Source of the DNA: Paraspadella gotoi | Taxonomy: Eukaryota > Animalia > Chaetognatha | Reading direction: 5' to 3' | Assembly (NCBI GenBank): GCA_051294375.1 | Contig: CM119271.1 | Coordinates: 16,652,470 to 16,716,469 of the forward strand | DNA length: 64,000 bases | Shown: in pieces, positions 35,656-48,381 of the stretch | Layout: each line of letters opens with the position of its first letter | Position numbering within the stretch: the first letter of the stretch is position 1 | Made by a program: the position numbers and the translations under genes | The notes under the pieces: generated by a model | Told to the model about the DNA's origin: nothing | Databases searched by the model: none | Seen by the model: the letters and a program-made list of their open reading frames with translations, nothing else

Positions 35656-38600
35656 ATGATGCGGGAAGCAAAGGAACTGAATGGACAAGCCACTACGTCT
35701 CAGGTAGCTTTGATTAACATTGAATTTAATTATTTAATTTATTTAATTAATTTAATTTATTTAATTATTATTTATATTCATTGTTTCTTATTTTGTTCGA
35801 AATAAAAATTTTTTTAGTAAAATATCGATAAGGAAATTAACATACTTGAAAACGAATTAGAATATGAATAAGAATATTGAAAATATTTAATTTTTACTAA
35901 ATGGAAGTATTGTGCCAAAAAGTTCAAATAAATCATATATATATTTTTTTTTATTTATTGTACCAATTTAATGTATATAAGTTTCTAAGTCAGAGTCAGG
36001 GGTAATGAAAGAATAAAGAAATAAATAAAACAATAAATATATTCCTTATATTAAATTATGCTAACTGCGCAAATGACGAACGCTCCAAAAAAATGAATAA
36101 AATAAGGAAGCCAATCACTCTGTGAGAGAAAGGCTTTCTTAAAGGATACTGGGTCTTACTAGTTCATCATCTTCTAAGAACGATAAAGGCCGTAACCCAT
36201 TATAGGCTGTCCAAATCAGGGTCAAGATAGTATGGCAACAACCTGGTTGCCTCGCCTGTGATGCCCATTGGGATGGGGCATCTCACTGTTGGCTTTGGGG
36301 GCTTCCGACTCCAGTCACTGGCGCGGTTACCCTAAGACGGTTTCGCTTTGCCAAGAGGGAAGTCGTTAGGAATGTGGATGTAACACAACTCTTGGGATTG
36401 TGCGATCCCCCTCTGAGCCAATGGGATTGGGTGAACGATAGTGGATGTGAGGCCTGTTTTTATTGGTTCTACCGATTTATTATGAAATCAAGGCCTTTAT
36501 TTCCAAAAATTTTAAAATTCAGAATTAAGTAAGTTTGATTTTTGGTTTAAAGATTAGGTTTAGGATTAGGCGATGTAATAGGTTACGGATTATGGACAAG
36601 GCTAGGAATTTGTTTATAATTTTTGTTAAGGATTAGGGAAAGATATTTAGGATTAGAGGATTAGAAGATTAGAGTTTAGGATTAGAGGATTAGAGTTTAA
36701 GATTAGAGGATTAGGGTTAAGGATTGGGTTAGGTTTTAGGATTAGGGCTCAGTATATCATTAAGCATTTGAAAAAAAATTAAGATTGTACGATACGTATT
36801 AAGATTAAAATTGAATTCAGGAATTTGAAACGGTCGCTTTCGGAAAATAGTGGGAAAATCATTTTTTTTTATTTCTCCATTTTCAAGGATGATGAAGATT
36901 CGCGCGACTTTCGTCTCGTTAAAACCGACGCAGTCATTCGAATGAGAAAAGATGAGGGAAACATAGAAGACAAAAGTTTGTGGTTGAAATTCGGACCCTT
37001 AAGGTGAGAACTGATACAGGGTCGCCATGGTAGTGTGGCAGAGAATACAGAGTAAAGGATCATGATGTAATATTTTGGAACTTCTCCTTGGTCTTTGCTA
37101 ATTGAAATGTTGCTTTTGTAATTAAACAAGTATGAGCAAACAATGTCGGATCTGCCGACGATAATTAAGCGGTAATCAGCTAATCAGATGATAAATCACA
37201 ATTTTAAAAAAAATTTTCAACTCGCATCATTTTTTCAACTCGCATCATTTTTTCCACTCACATCATTTTTTTCAACTCTCTCTCTCTTTTTATGCAATAG
37301 CGACGACCCTTATGCTTTTAAGATTTTTTAACTTGCATCATTTTTTCAACTTGCATCATTTTTTTTAAATTGCATCATTTTTTTAATGATATTTTTAAAT
37401 TGCATCATTTTTTCACTTTAATTTATTAATTAATTAATTAAAACATTTATTAGTAATCATAAATAATAAAAATTCAAGTAAATGTGACTTATGTTTTTTC
37501 CATTAAAACTAATTCCACTGGCACAATTCCGTCAAAACTTTATATCTAGCTTCTTCACACACTTCCTACCCACTCACAAAATTTCATCTCAAACTATTAT
37601 GGGGTAAAATAAGAGACTCATATTTTTTTATTTAAACTCATTTCCATTCGTACCGAAACTTTATATCAAACTTCGTCACACACTTTCCTACCCACACACA
37701 AAATTTGTACTCTATCTATCAATCCAATTATGATTAATTAGAGTATTTATTGGTTAAAATAAGTAAAAAATTTTAGTAAATGCGACTTATGTTTTTTCCA
37801 TTTAAACTCACTTCCACTCCACAGCTTTATCACACACTTTCCTACCCACACACAAAATTTCATTCCAATCCAACCAGATAATCACGAGTTATTGGAGCTT
37901 TTTGCTAAGGTGGGACGGATTGATTGACTTATTAATTAAGTATTGATTAATTAATTGACTAATTAATAAATAAATTAATTAATTAATTGACTAATTAATT
38001 AATTAACTGATTAATTATTTGATTTATTAATACATCCTGATTACTGCATATACATTTAATATAAAAAGAAAAAGAAGCATAAATAAATTAGTGAAACAGG
38101 TTTTTGTTTTTTTCCATTTAAACTAATTTCCACTCAAACGATTCCATCGAAACTTGATTTCCTTTCAATCACACACTTTCCTACCCACATACAAAATTCC
38201 AGGTCACTCGCCCCATTTACTTATGAGCAAATTGGTGTTCAAATAGTGAAATATATTCTTTTGTTTTTTCCATTTAAACTCATTTCCACTCGGACGATTA
38301 CATCAAAACTTAATATCCCTCCACACACACAAAATTTTATTCAAATCCATCCATCCAATCACGAGTAATTGGTGTTTTCTGCTAAGGTGGGACGGACGGA
38401 CGGACATACGGAGGACGACGGACGGACGGATGGACGGACGGACGGACGGACGGACGGACCGACAGACAGACGGACCGACAGACAGACGGACGGACATCTT
38501 TTTTTTTGCATAATTTATCATAATTCGATGTTCTGACATGATATGTGCCCGACAATATTGAGGGGGCGGACCGACGGAATTATAGAGGAATTATAGCGGA

Positions 38601-41600
38601 ATTATAGAGTAAGGCGTAGTGAAAGTTACATACGAAAATTCTAAAAGTCAATTATGAACAACATACATCAGTGAACATTAATTTGTAAAAAAAATAATTT
38701 TATGTTTTTTAATTTTCGCAGTACAATATTTATATATAGTACTATCCTTATAAAAATCGAAAAATTTCAAAATAGGCTTTTCTTAATTTTGATTGCAGAT
38801 TTGAATTCCTCGTCAAAAGTTGATAAAGAAAATATAAATCATTTTTAAAAATTTTTTTCATTAAGTGGGTTAAAAATTAAAAAAAACTATATTTAATATA
38901 TAAAAAGTTAATTTTCAGCTTAAAATATAGCTTTTTCTAATTTTTGACCCACTTAATGAAGGAATTTTTCAAAAAGAGTTATATTTCTTTTTACCAACTT
39001 TTTATGACAAATCCAAATCTGCAAAAAAAATCTTAGAAAAAACTGTTTTGAAATTTTAACATTTATTGGTTTAGTACTAGTATAAATATGCCTACTGCGT
39101 AAATTGTAAAATTTATTAAAAAATTTTTATTACATAAATGTTCATTAGTATAATGTTGTTCGTGTCCTCACGTTTTACAATTTTAATTAAAGTTAAATTT
39201 AGAAATTTTACTACGCCTTATTATAGAGTCGGGATCTGCTGATAAGCAGATCCGACTAAAAAAGGGAGTTCAAAGTTTAAATTTTTTTGACCAGATCTGT
39301 ATTAATTTTTTTTTATCTAAACACGCATTTTGCACCAAAGGTTCAACCCCATCGTTTCCTTTTTGGCCATCATCATCATTTGGTCTTTCATCATCGGCTC
39401 TGTTCTCGATCCAAATGCAAACAAAAACTTCGCTGTTGCAAAGGTTCGTCCCCTAAGGATCTTTACTCATCAATGAACAAAATTAAAATTTATTTTTATA
39501 TTTTTAAATAACTAAATTTCATGTTGGTCGCTTTTTATAATGCTTAAAATTTGGTTTGTTGCCAATGTTGGTTTTACCTAGTATGAAAGGAAAAAATGCA
39601 AGATCATGTCTGTTTAGTTAATAATATAAAACGTTAGTTTTATCTTTTAATTATTCCTCCTCTCCTCTCCATCATTTTCTATCTCCTCTCCATCATTTTT
39701 CATCTCCTCTCCATCATTTTCCATCTCCTCTCCATCATTTTCTATCTCCTGTTCATCATTTTTCATCTGCTCTCCATCATTTTCTATTTCCTCTCCATCA
39801 TTTTTCATCTCCTCTCAATCATTTTTTATCTTGTCTCCATCATTTTCTATCTCCTCTCCATCATTTTCTATCTCCTCTCCATCATTTTCTATCTCATCTC
39901 CATCATTTTCCATCTCCTCTCCATCATTTTCCATCCCATCTCCTTCATTTTCTGTCTCCTCTCCCTCATTTTCTATCTACTCTCCATCATTTTTCATCCC
40001 CTATCCATAATTTTCTATCTCGTCTCCATCATTTTCTATCTCGTCTCCATCATTTTATATCTCCTCTCCATCATTTTTCATCTCCTCTCCATCATATTCT
40101 ATCCCCTCTCCATCATTTTCTCAGGCCTGGGTGACAGAGCTTTTCACTTGGCTCTACATCGGATCTCAGGACGTCTGGTCCATTTTCATCATCTGGTTGT
40201 ATTTCTCAAAATATTCCCAGATAAAACTTGGCAAAGGTTAGTTTAATTTTAAGAATATTGGTAAGGTTTGCTCACAATTCCATTGTTGTAAGCTTAGCAT
40301 TGAATTTTATATAATGAAAACAAGGTTTTCTTCAAAAAAGTTAATGCTGCTCATAATGCAACTTTTTCAAAAAGATTTAATACTAAATGGAATAAGCACT
40401 GAAAAAAAATTTAAAGTAGCTTTATTTACTACATGCTATGTGTATTGTGTTTTTGTTGAATTTATTGTTAAATTTATACATAAATTTATGTATAAATATA
40501 AATGATTTTTAGTCGGTTCTGCTTATAAGCAGATCCCGACTCTATAATTCACTTTGTCGGTCCGTCGATCCGTCCCCTCAATATTGTCGGGCACACACAT
40601 ATCATGTCAGAATATCGAATTATGATAAATTATGCAAAAAAGATGTCCATCCGTCTGTCTGTCGGTCCGTCCGTCCATCCGTCAGTCCGTCCCACCTTAG
40701 CAGAAAACACCAATTACTCGTGATTGGATGGATGGATTTGAATAAAATTTTGTGCGTGGGTAGGGAAGTGTGTGATTGAGCTGGATATAAAGTTTCGATG
40801 GAATCGTCCGAGTGGAAATGAGTTTAAATGGAAAAAACAACAAAATATATTTCACTATTTGAACACCAATTGCTCATGAGTGGATGGGGCGATTGACCTT
40901 GAATATGGTGATATCAAGTTTCGATGGAATCGTCTTAGTGGAAATGAGTTTAAATGGAAAAAACAAAAAACCTGTTTCACTAATTGATTATGCTTTTTTT
41001 CCCTTTTATATCAAATGTAAATGCAGGATATATTAATTAATCAAATAATTAATCAATTAGTCAATTAATTAATAAATAATTAATTAATCAGTCAATAAAC
41101 AAGTCAATCATTATCGGCATTATTCTCATCGTCGTCATTGCTTTTGTTGTGGTTAGTGACGAAAAGACCTAAAAACAAACATTTGGGATCAAATTAATTA
41201 ATTAATTGCCCAATTAATTAATTAATTAACCTGAATAATTTAATTATTAATTAATTAATTACCGATAATTATCGTGGGCAGATCCGACATTGTTTGCTCA
41301 AACTTGTTTTAAATATTGTTGATTTTTTTGTTTTCTTCACGACATTAAGTGTCTTCATATGTACAGGGGATTTTTTGGACAATAAAGACACATCGAGATT
41401 TGCTGGTTAAATTTTCATTGTTTTTTTTTTAATTTTATTTTTGTTTATATTATAAACTATAAATTATAATTGTTTTCATTCCAGACGATGATGTCCCCGA
41501 ATACAACAACGTCACCTGGTTCTTTATGTTTTTCTCCTGTGGCGTCAGCGTCGGTCTTTTCTTCTACGGAGTCGGCGAACCAGTTTGGCACTACACGCTT

Positions 41601-44600
41601 AAGAGTCGCTACATGGCTGACTACACTATGCCCGATAACACACTAGCTCAGGTTTAGGAGAGAGGGAGAGAGAGAGATAGATTCAGACAGTAAGTCAGTA
41701 ATAGCCCATGTACTTCAATCAATTCTGGTTTCCTTTCAGACTGCGTTGAATCTCACTCTGTACCACTGGGGAATACACGGATGGATCGTTTATTCTCTTC
41801 TCGGCGCCATTTTGGGACTCGTCAGTTATCGCAAGGGCCTCCCGCTCACGATCAAGTCCTGCTTCTGGCCTCTTATCGGCGACAAGGCAAAATGATTAAT
41901 GATTAAATCGCATTAGTTTAAAACATATTATATTGATTGCTGAATTATAATTTGTTTCGTAGTGGAAATTCAACTGTTTATGAGGATTATAAAATATTTA
42001 AAAAATTAACATCTGGAAAAAATATATCCCCAAATGTTAATGAATTAATATGATTATTTTAAAAGTATTATCTCAGGTCTGTATGAAATGATACAACTGT
42101 TACTGCTAGCATTATTATGTGCTATGTACTACTATGCATTACTAAGTACGTATTTGTTGTAAAAATTTAAAGATAAAGCCATGAGGTTGCTGCAAAATGC
42201 AAATAAGATTAAAGTACGCATCATTTTATAATTATATGAATTATTCTTAATTTGAAACAAAAACTGAGTTCGTATCATTTAAATACTCAAAAATTCCTGT
42301 AATCCCTACTAAACCAAAGTCTATCCTAATAGATATACGGTCGATTCGGGGACGCCGTCGATACCATCTCTATTTTCACGACTCTCTTCGGCGTCTGCAC
42401 TTCTCTTGGCATCGGTGCCATGCAGATCAACAAAGGAATCAATCTTTTCGATCCGGTCAACGTTCCCATGGGAACAAACGCTCAGGTTGGAGAAAGAGAA
42501 TTTTATGAGCCAGTTATAACCTGATTTTTAATTTTAATTCTTACTAAGCAGTTAAGTTAATTGTAAGGAGATGAGATGGGCTTCGCTTAAGTGGTGCCCG
42601 GGACCCTCAAAAAAATAAGTGGTGGTACCCGCCATTTCTGTACAGTGGTATGGTCAGTGGTCAGTGGTCAGTGTCCACTTGTCAGTAGTCAATGGTCACT
42701 TGTGGTCAATGGTCAGTGACCAATTTCTATAAAGTCAGATTAATGAACAACATACCATCAGTGAACATTAATTTGTTAAAAAAAATTAATTTTATGCTTT
42801 TTAATTTTCGCAGTAGGCTATATTTATATATAGTACGTATATCCTTATAAAATTGAAAAATTTCAAAATAAGCTTTTCTTAATTTTGATTGCAGATTTGA
42901 ATTCCTCGTCAAAAGTTGATGAAAGAAAATATAAACTCATTTTTAAAAATTCTTTCATTAAGTGGTCGGGTTAAAAATTAAAAAAACATATAATTTTAAT
43001 ATATAAAAAGTTAATTTTCAGTCTTAAATATAGTTTTTTTTTTTAATTTTGACCCACTTAATGAAGGAATTTTTCAAAAAGAGTTATATTTCTTTTTACC
43101 AACTTTTTATGACGAATCCAAAATCTGCCCAAAAAAATCTTAGAAAAAACTGTTTTGAAATTTTAACATTTATTGGTTTAGTACTAGTATAAATATGGCA
43201 TTCTTCCTCCCCTTACTGTCGTAAATTGTAAAATTTATTATGATTTTTTTGATTCATATCATTATTAATTGATTTAATTTATATTCAATTAATCAGAATT
43301 CTCTTATCGCCTATTCTTCTCTTTATTCTATTCTCTTCAATTTCTCTCAACATTTCTCTTCTCTCTCTTTTTGACTTTCTTTCCGCGCTCTCATCCTGTA
43401 TTCTCCCTCTCTGCTCTATATCCTATTTTTAAGCGTTCAATTTCGTATGTATCTATTACAATCGTGTTTCTCTTCTCTCTCGTTTTTAATCAGTATCCAC
43501 AAATAATATATATATTACTGGCAACTCTGACGAAAAAAGAAAGTCCAAGCTCCAATCGAGGCATGTTTACTCTGAAACGGAGCCGCTCGGCTTGGGTCGT
43601 CCCGTGTGCGGATTAGAATTGGTGATCGCCGGACGGCGCTGCCGAGCAAGGCGTTCCGTTGGATCGAAAGCCGGACCGCCGTCGATCGGCCGAGTTCTGC
43701 GGAGAGGCGCCATGGGTTCATCTTCTCCGTCCCTGATCAGCACCTCGTCAAAACACCGAAGTCGTGTACTGAGTTTTTCAAGAAAGTTCTTTGGATTCCT
43801 GATAACCCGCAAGTATCGGGCGAGTGTTATCGTCCTAAATCAAAGCCCTCGCCCCGCACCGCCCTTAATACCCTACTAGTGTCGCGTGATGGGAAGGCGT
43901 CGCCGTACATAGTGTCTCAGGACAATAAGCGTTCAATACAAATCGCTTCCCTCCGTATGGAGTGGTCAAATGTATTCTCGAGAATACCGACCGCAGTTAC
44001 AACACATCGATGAAACGTCGAGACGGGGCAGACGAAGATGAGAGTACTCGACAGAACGAGAGTCAACGTCCTGAGGAGTCGAATGAGCCGGCTCCGAAAA
44101 AAGACCGATGGCAGGCATGTGGACTTTTAACAAGCAGCAGGCAGCAGAACGGCGGTTTCGAATTCGCCATCCGCAGCAGAACGGCGTTAGCGCGCCAACG
44201 TGGCATTCTTCTCCGGCCATACGAGAGAGAAAACAGAAAAGCGGTCCCGTCATCTTCGAATATCGCAAACCGCGGGATTCGTTCTCGCCTTCTCTCTCAA
44301 AAGGCGTGTACTCAAAGTCAAGCGTTTTCTATCTTCGTCGATAAGAGGATTCTCTCGCGCCGTCGTTCGCAGGTCCGGCGATTGGCGTCGAAGGGAAAGA
44401 TCGGAGACGGCACTCGGCGCGGGGCGATTATTTTAAAAGTGTGATGACCCAAAAACGCCTGAAGTCTTTCCGCACCGAACTCGTTCAATTCCGGGAGCCA
44501 AACATGGAGAAGAAGCCCAAAGAAAAATTGAGAGCCAACCGAAAATCGGAAAAAAGAAGCAGCAATTGATTGTTGAAATGAGACATAAGAGCCTAAAAGA

Positions 44601-47600
44601 GGCTCAATTAGTATATACTAGTAGCAACTTTCATGTCCATTGGTTCTTTTAACGTCGTCAGCATCGTTTATACCCTGAAGAAGCACCACATCGCTCTGTC
44701 GAAAAACCTCGGAGCCTAGAATCCAAACACGTGTACTCCCCACACTGCAGTCGTTCCAAAAGCCATGAATCCGTTTTTAGTTCCAAACGAGGAAGAAACT
44801 GAGCAGACGCCACCCCCCCCCCCCCCCTGATTGATAACGAAAATCGATGCACGTCCGCAGTTCCAGCGTGAGTGAGAGAATAGGAGGTATAAGTGGAGAG
44901 AGTAGAGCAGAGAAAAGGCGATATAATAATTATAAAAAGGGAGAGAAAAAGTGACATTTTTTTCCAGGTTGCTTCTTACAATCGAACATACAAAAACTTT
45001 TCAAGAAACGTGACGATTGAGCCGAAAATTGATGGCCGGTGAACGATGGTTACGAGCGGTCGGGATAAACGCCGAAAATTTTTGTCGCCATAAAAACATT
45101 AAATCCTATTCCCAATCGGAGTCCCTACTTTCCCTTTCTGCCACAAGTCTATTTGCAATGCTTCTAAATTATAATCCTATGAAATTCGGTACAACCCAAT
45201 ATAAAAATTATCCATTCATTTAATAAATAAGCTATCTTGGCCCCTGACTTTGGACAAGCTTTGTGCGTTTTAAGCCTCCACTCCTTATGTAAGAGATAGT
45301 GCGCCAGATCCATATCCCTATATTTGGTCTAATTAAGGACTTGAGAACTAGAAAATGAGTGGTTGTACAGTGGTTTGACACTTCACTGTGGTATGAAGTT
45401 GCCAAAAAGACAAACTGCCACTTTTTTCTCCAACTGTCACGCCGTCANNNNNNNNNNNNNNNNNNNNNNNNNTTAGAATTTTCGTATGTAACTTTCACTA
45501 CGCCTTAATATAGATGGTTCCTTTATATCTCTCTAAGTTACAAAATCTAAATGTTTTAAAAACTTTAAAAACTTTAAGAAACTAACATAATGGAAAGTAA
45601 TATTTTCAAGTAATGTCGCAATTTTCATATAATGCGGGTGGAAATTTCAGGACGCATGACCACATTTAACGAAATCCGGGCCACTGCCTATTTTTAATAT
45701 AATAATGCAGATGTAGCAGATACAGTGCGAATTAGACTGAGGCTTTGAAACAGGTCCTGGAACCAAATGAATAGTTTCAACAGGCGGTACGCCCGATTAA
45801 ACTGTGGAACTGCTCTACATGCTCATTAGGGTGGAGTGATGAAAAGATTGAGCGATGGAGCAATATTTTTTTGCTTCGTAAAAAAAAATAATTAAGTGTA
45901 GAAAACGGTAAGTCGCCTCGTAAGCCCTTTCTCAAAAAAAATTTGCATAACAGTATCATTAATTGAATTTTTTTTATAGTAATATCCTTATAAAATCATA
46001 TAATTTCAAAATCATATTTTTTTAATTTTAAGAACAGTTTCGGATTCGCCGGAAAAATCTAAAAAAAACTTTTGTAAAATATGTTACATGATATTTTTAG
46101 ATTAAAGCTGCGAAAAATGACCAAAACGTTTCATCATATAATAGTTTCTATTACAAAGCGTAAAAAAGTGGAGAATTTAATCTTTTTTTTCTATTTTTGA
46201 TTTAACTTTTTCTGAAGAATTAAAATCTTTAATAAAAATTTTTAAAAAATTATTTTGAAAATTTATGATTTTATAAAAATATTACTATAAATATATTGTA
46301 ATTAATGATACTGTTCCCCAAACAATATAAGCAAAATATTTGTTGTACTCCTTAATCATACTATCTCACGTCTAAATATCCTTGTTTGTTCATTCAAATA
46401 AAATTTATGTTCCCAAGTGCTCCACTCTAATGTTCACCTTGCCTCTCTAATTATCTTCCCCCTTTTCAACCCTTCCTCACTTCTCCCCCTCTCTCCTCCC
46501 CCTACTTTCCCTCCACAACCCCCCACCACAGGTCATCATCGTGTGGTGCATCACTGTGGTTGCCACAATCTCCACAGTGTCCGGTCTAAGTCTCGGCATT
46601 CGTCGTCTCTCTGAGTTCTGTTTCTGTCTTGGACTCGTGCTTCTCTTCTCCGTCTTTTTTCTCGACAACACGTGGTACATTCTCAATCTCTTTGCCAGAG
46701 TGTTGGCTTCTACTTTCAGGTATAAATAGATGGAGTTGTAACCTGCTCTTTCTGTCCGTCTTTTTTCTATATTTTCTCTTCGTCTGTCTGTCCGCTTGTG
46801 TCTTCTATCTGTCTTTTTGTTCGCAGGTTGTTTCGATTTTTTTGCACAGAAGGATTTGGTACAAAAACGATGCTATTTATACAGAAACAAATGGATCAGC
46901 GACGTGGGTAAAATTTCCTGGCCGATGAAGCCCATACGCTATGGCCGGTTCCATCTGGGCTTTCGCCCAATCAGATAGCTTGATTCATTTCGGTCATTTC
47001 TTCCCGAGTCTTTGATACTATCTTTTGGAGTTTTAGATATTCCTACAATGTGACAGGCCCATCTGCATAATTGTGTCATTTTTCGTTACCGCTTGCTACT
47101 GTAGTCATCATCAGTCTAATTTTTTTTGGCTGTCTGTCTGTCTGTCTGCTTTCTATCTATCGGTCTGTCTCGCTCACACAAAATATCTCTTCCTCCCCTT
47201 CCCAGTGGATCGTCCAGTTGGGTTGGCACACGGACGCCTCGAGCAGTCAGGCATCTCCGCCGGCGGGAAGGACCGCATGCGCGGCTACGGAGGATGGAAC
47301 GATGGACGGACCAACGGATTGGATGGACGACTGGACAATGTTTCTACTGGGGATGGTGGATTGCCTGGAGTCCGTTTGTCGGTGAAACAGAGGGGGGGAG
47401 TACAGTATGAGTAAGATAATGATATTACTATATTGGAAAAAAGTAAATCACATAATTGTTGAATGTTCATGTTATTCATAAAAAAATAATACAAAATATG
47501 GGTAAAACATTCTCAATATTTGTTGTGCCCTACCTAATTATCAACTGCATTTGTCAGGGCATACTCTCGTACAGCAAATTGAGGTATGACGGGGAAATAT

Positions 47601-48334
47601 TTTGATCCTCCACTAAAAATGTGATATACTTTTTTCCTAGAAGGTAGTTTAGTAGTTTAGTTTAGTTTAGTTTAGTTTATTTAAATGAACAGAAATATTA
47701 ATTTGGTAAAAAGTTGAAGAAAAGTGTTTGCAAAAGTGTCATTCCTCGGTAGTAGCTTGTTAGTTAGATAATGTCTATCTATTTAATGTCCTACTATAGG
47801 TATAAATTGTCATTAATTGAACTCTTATTTTGTTCTAACAACAACATTTAATTTTCGAAGTTAAAACAAAATAAAAATTATTTTACTTAACTGTCAAAAA
47901 ACACAACGAAAAGAAAGCTATCAATAATACACCCTGTATCGCCTATCTCCAATTCTCAATTATATTCAATGTTAAATGATTGACATAATTTATAAATATA
48001 ATTAAATTCTATATTCTATAAATTACTATTTCCCTTTTCTTCTTCAAAGTTATGAAAAAATGCAAGACTACTTTTTTTTACTATATTATACTAAATTAGA
48101 CAAAAAAATTTAAAAGGATATAAAAGTTGAATATATTTCACATACATAACTATTATTTATTTCATATTTAATAATGAAATGCGTAGAGGGAAATATATAA
48201 TAAAATTTTATCTTCTTATTAACCCAGGAATGTTTATCGCCAAAATCTCAAAGGGCCGAACTATCAAAGAATTTATCAACGGGACAATGACTGCGCCTCT
48301 CACCTTCACCTTTATTTGGTTCACGACTTTTGGA

Positions 48335-48381
<47 letters not shown>

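Noticed and set aside
36240-36455. GC-rich island in intron 1 of copy 2 as a possible ncRNA
   Set aside because: No recognisable family motif and no second copy in the window.
43515-44444. Cluster of 70-160 aa ORFs
   Set aside because: No recognisable motif, overlapping in all frames as expected for GC-rich sequence, and in a suspect gap-fill region.
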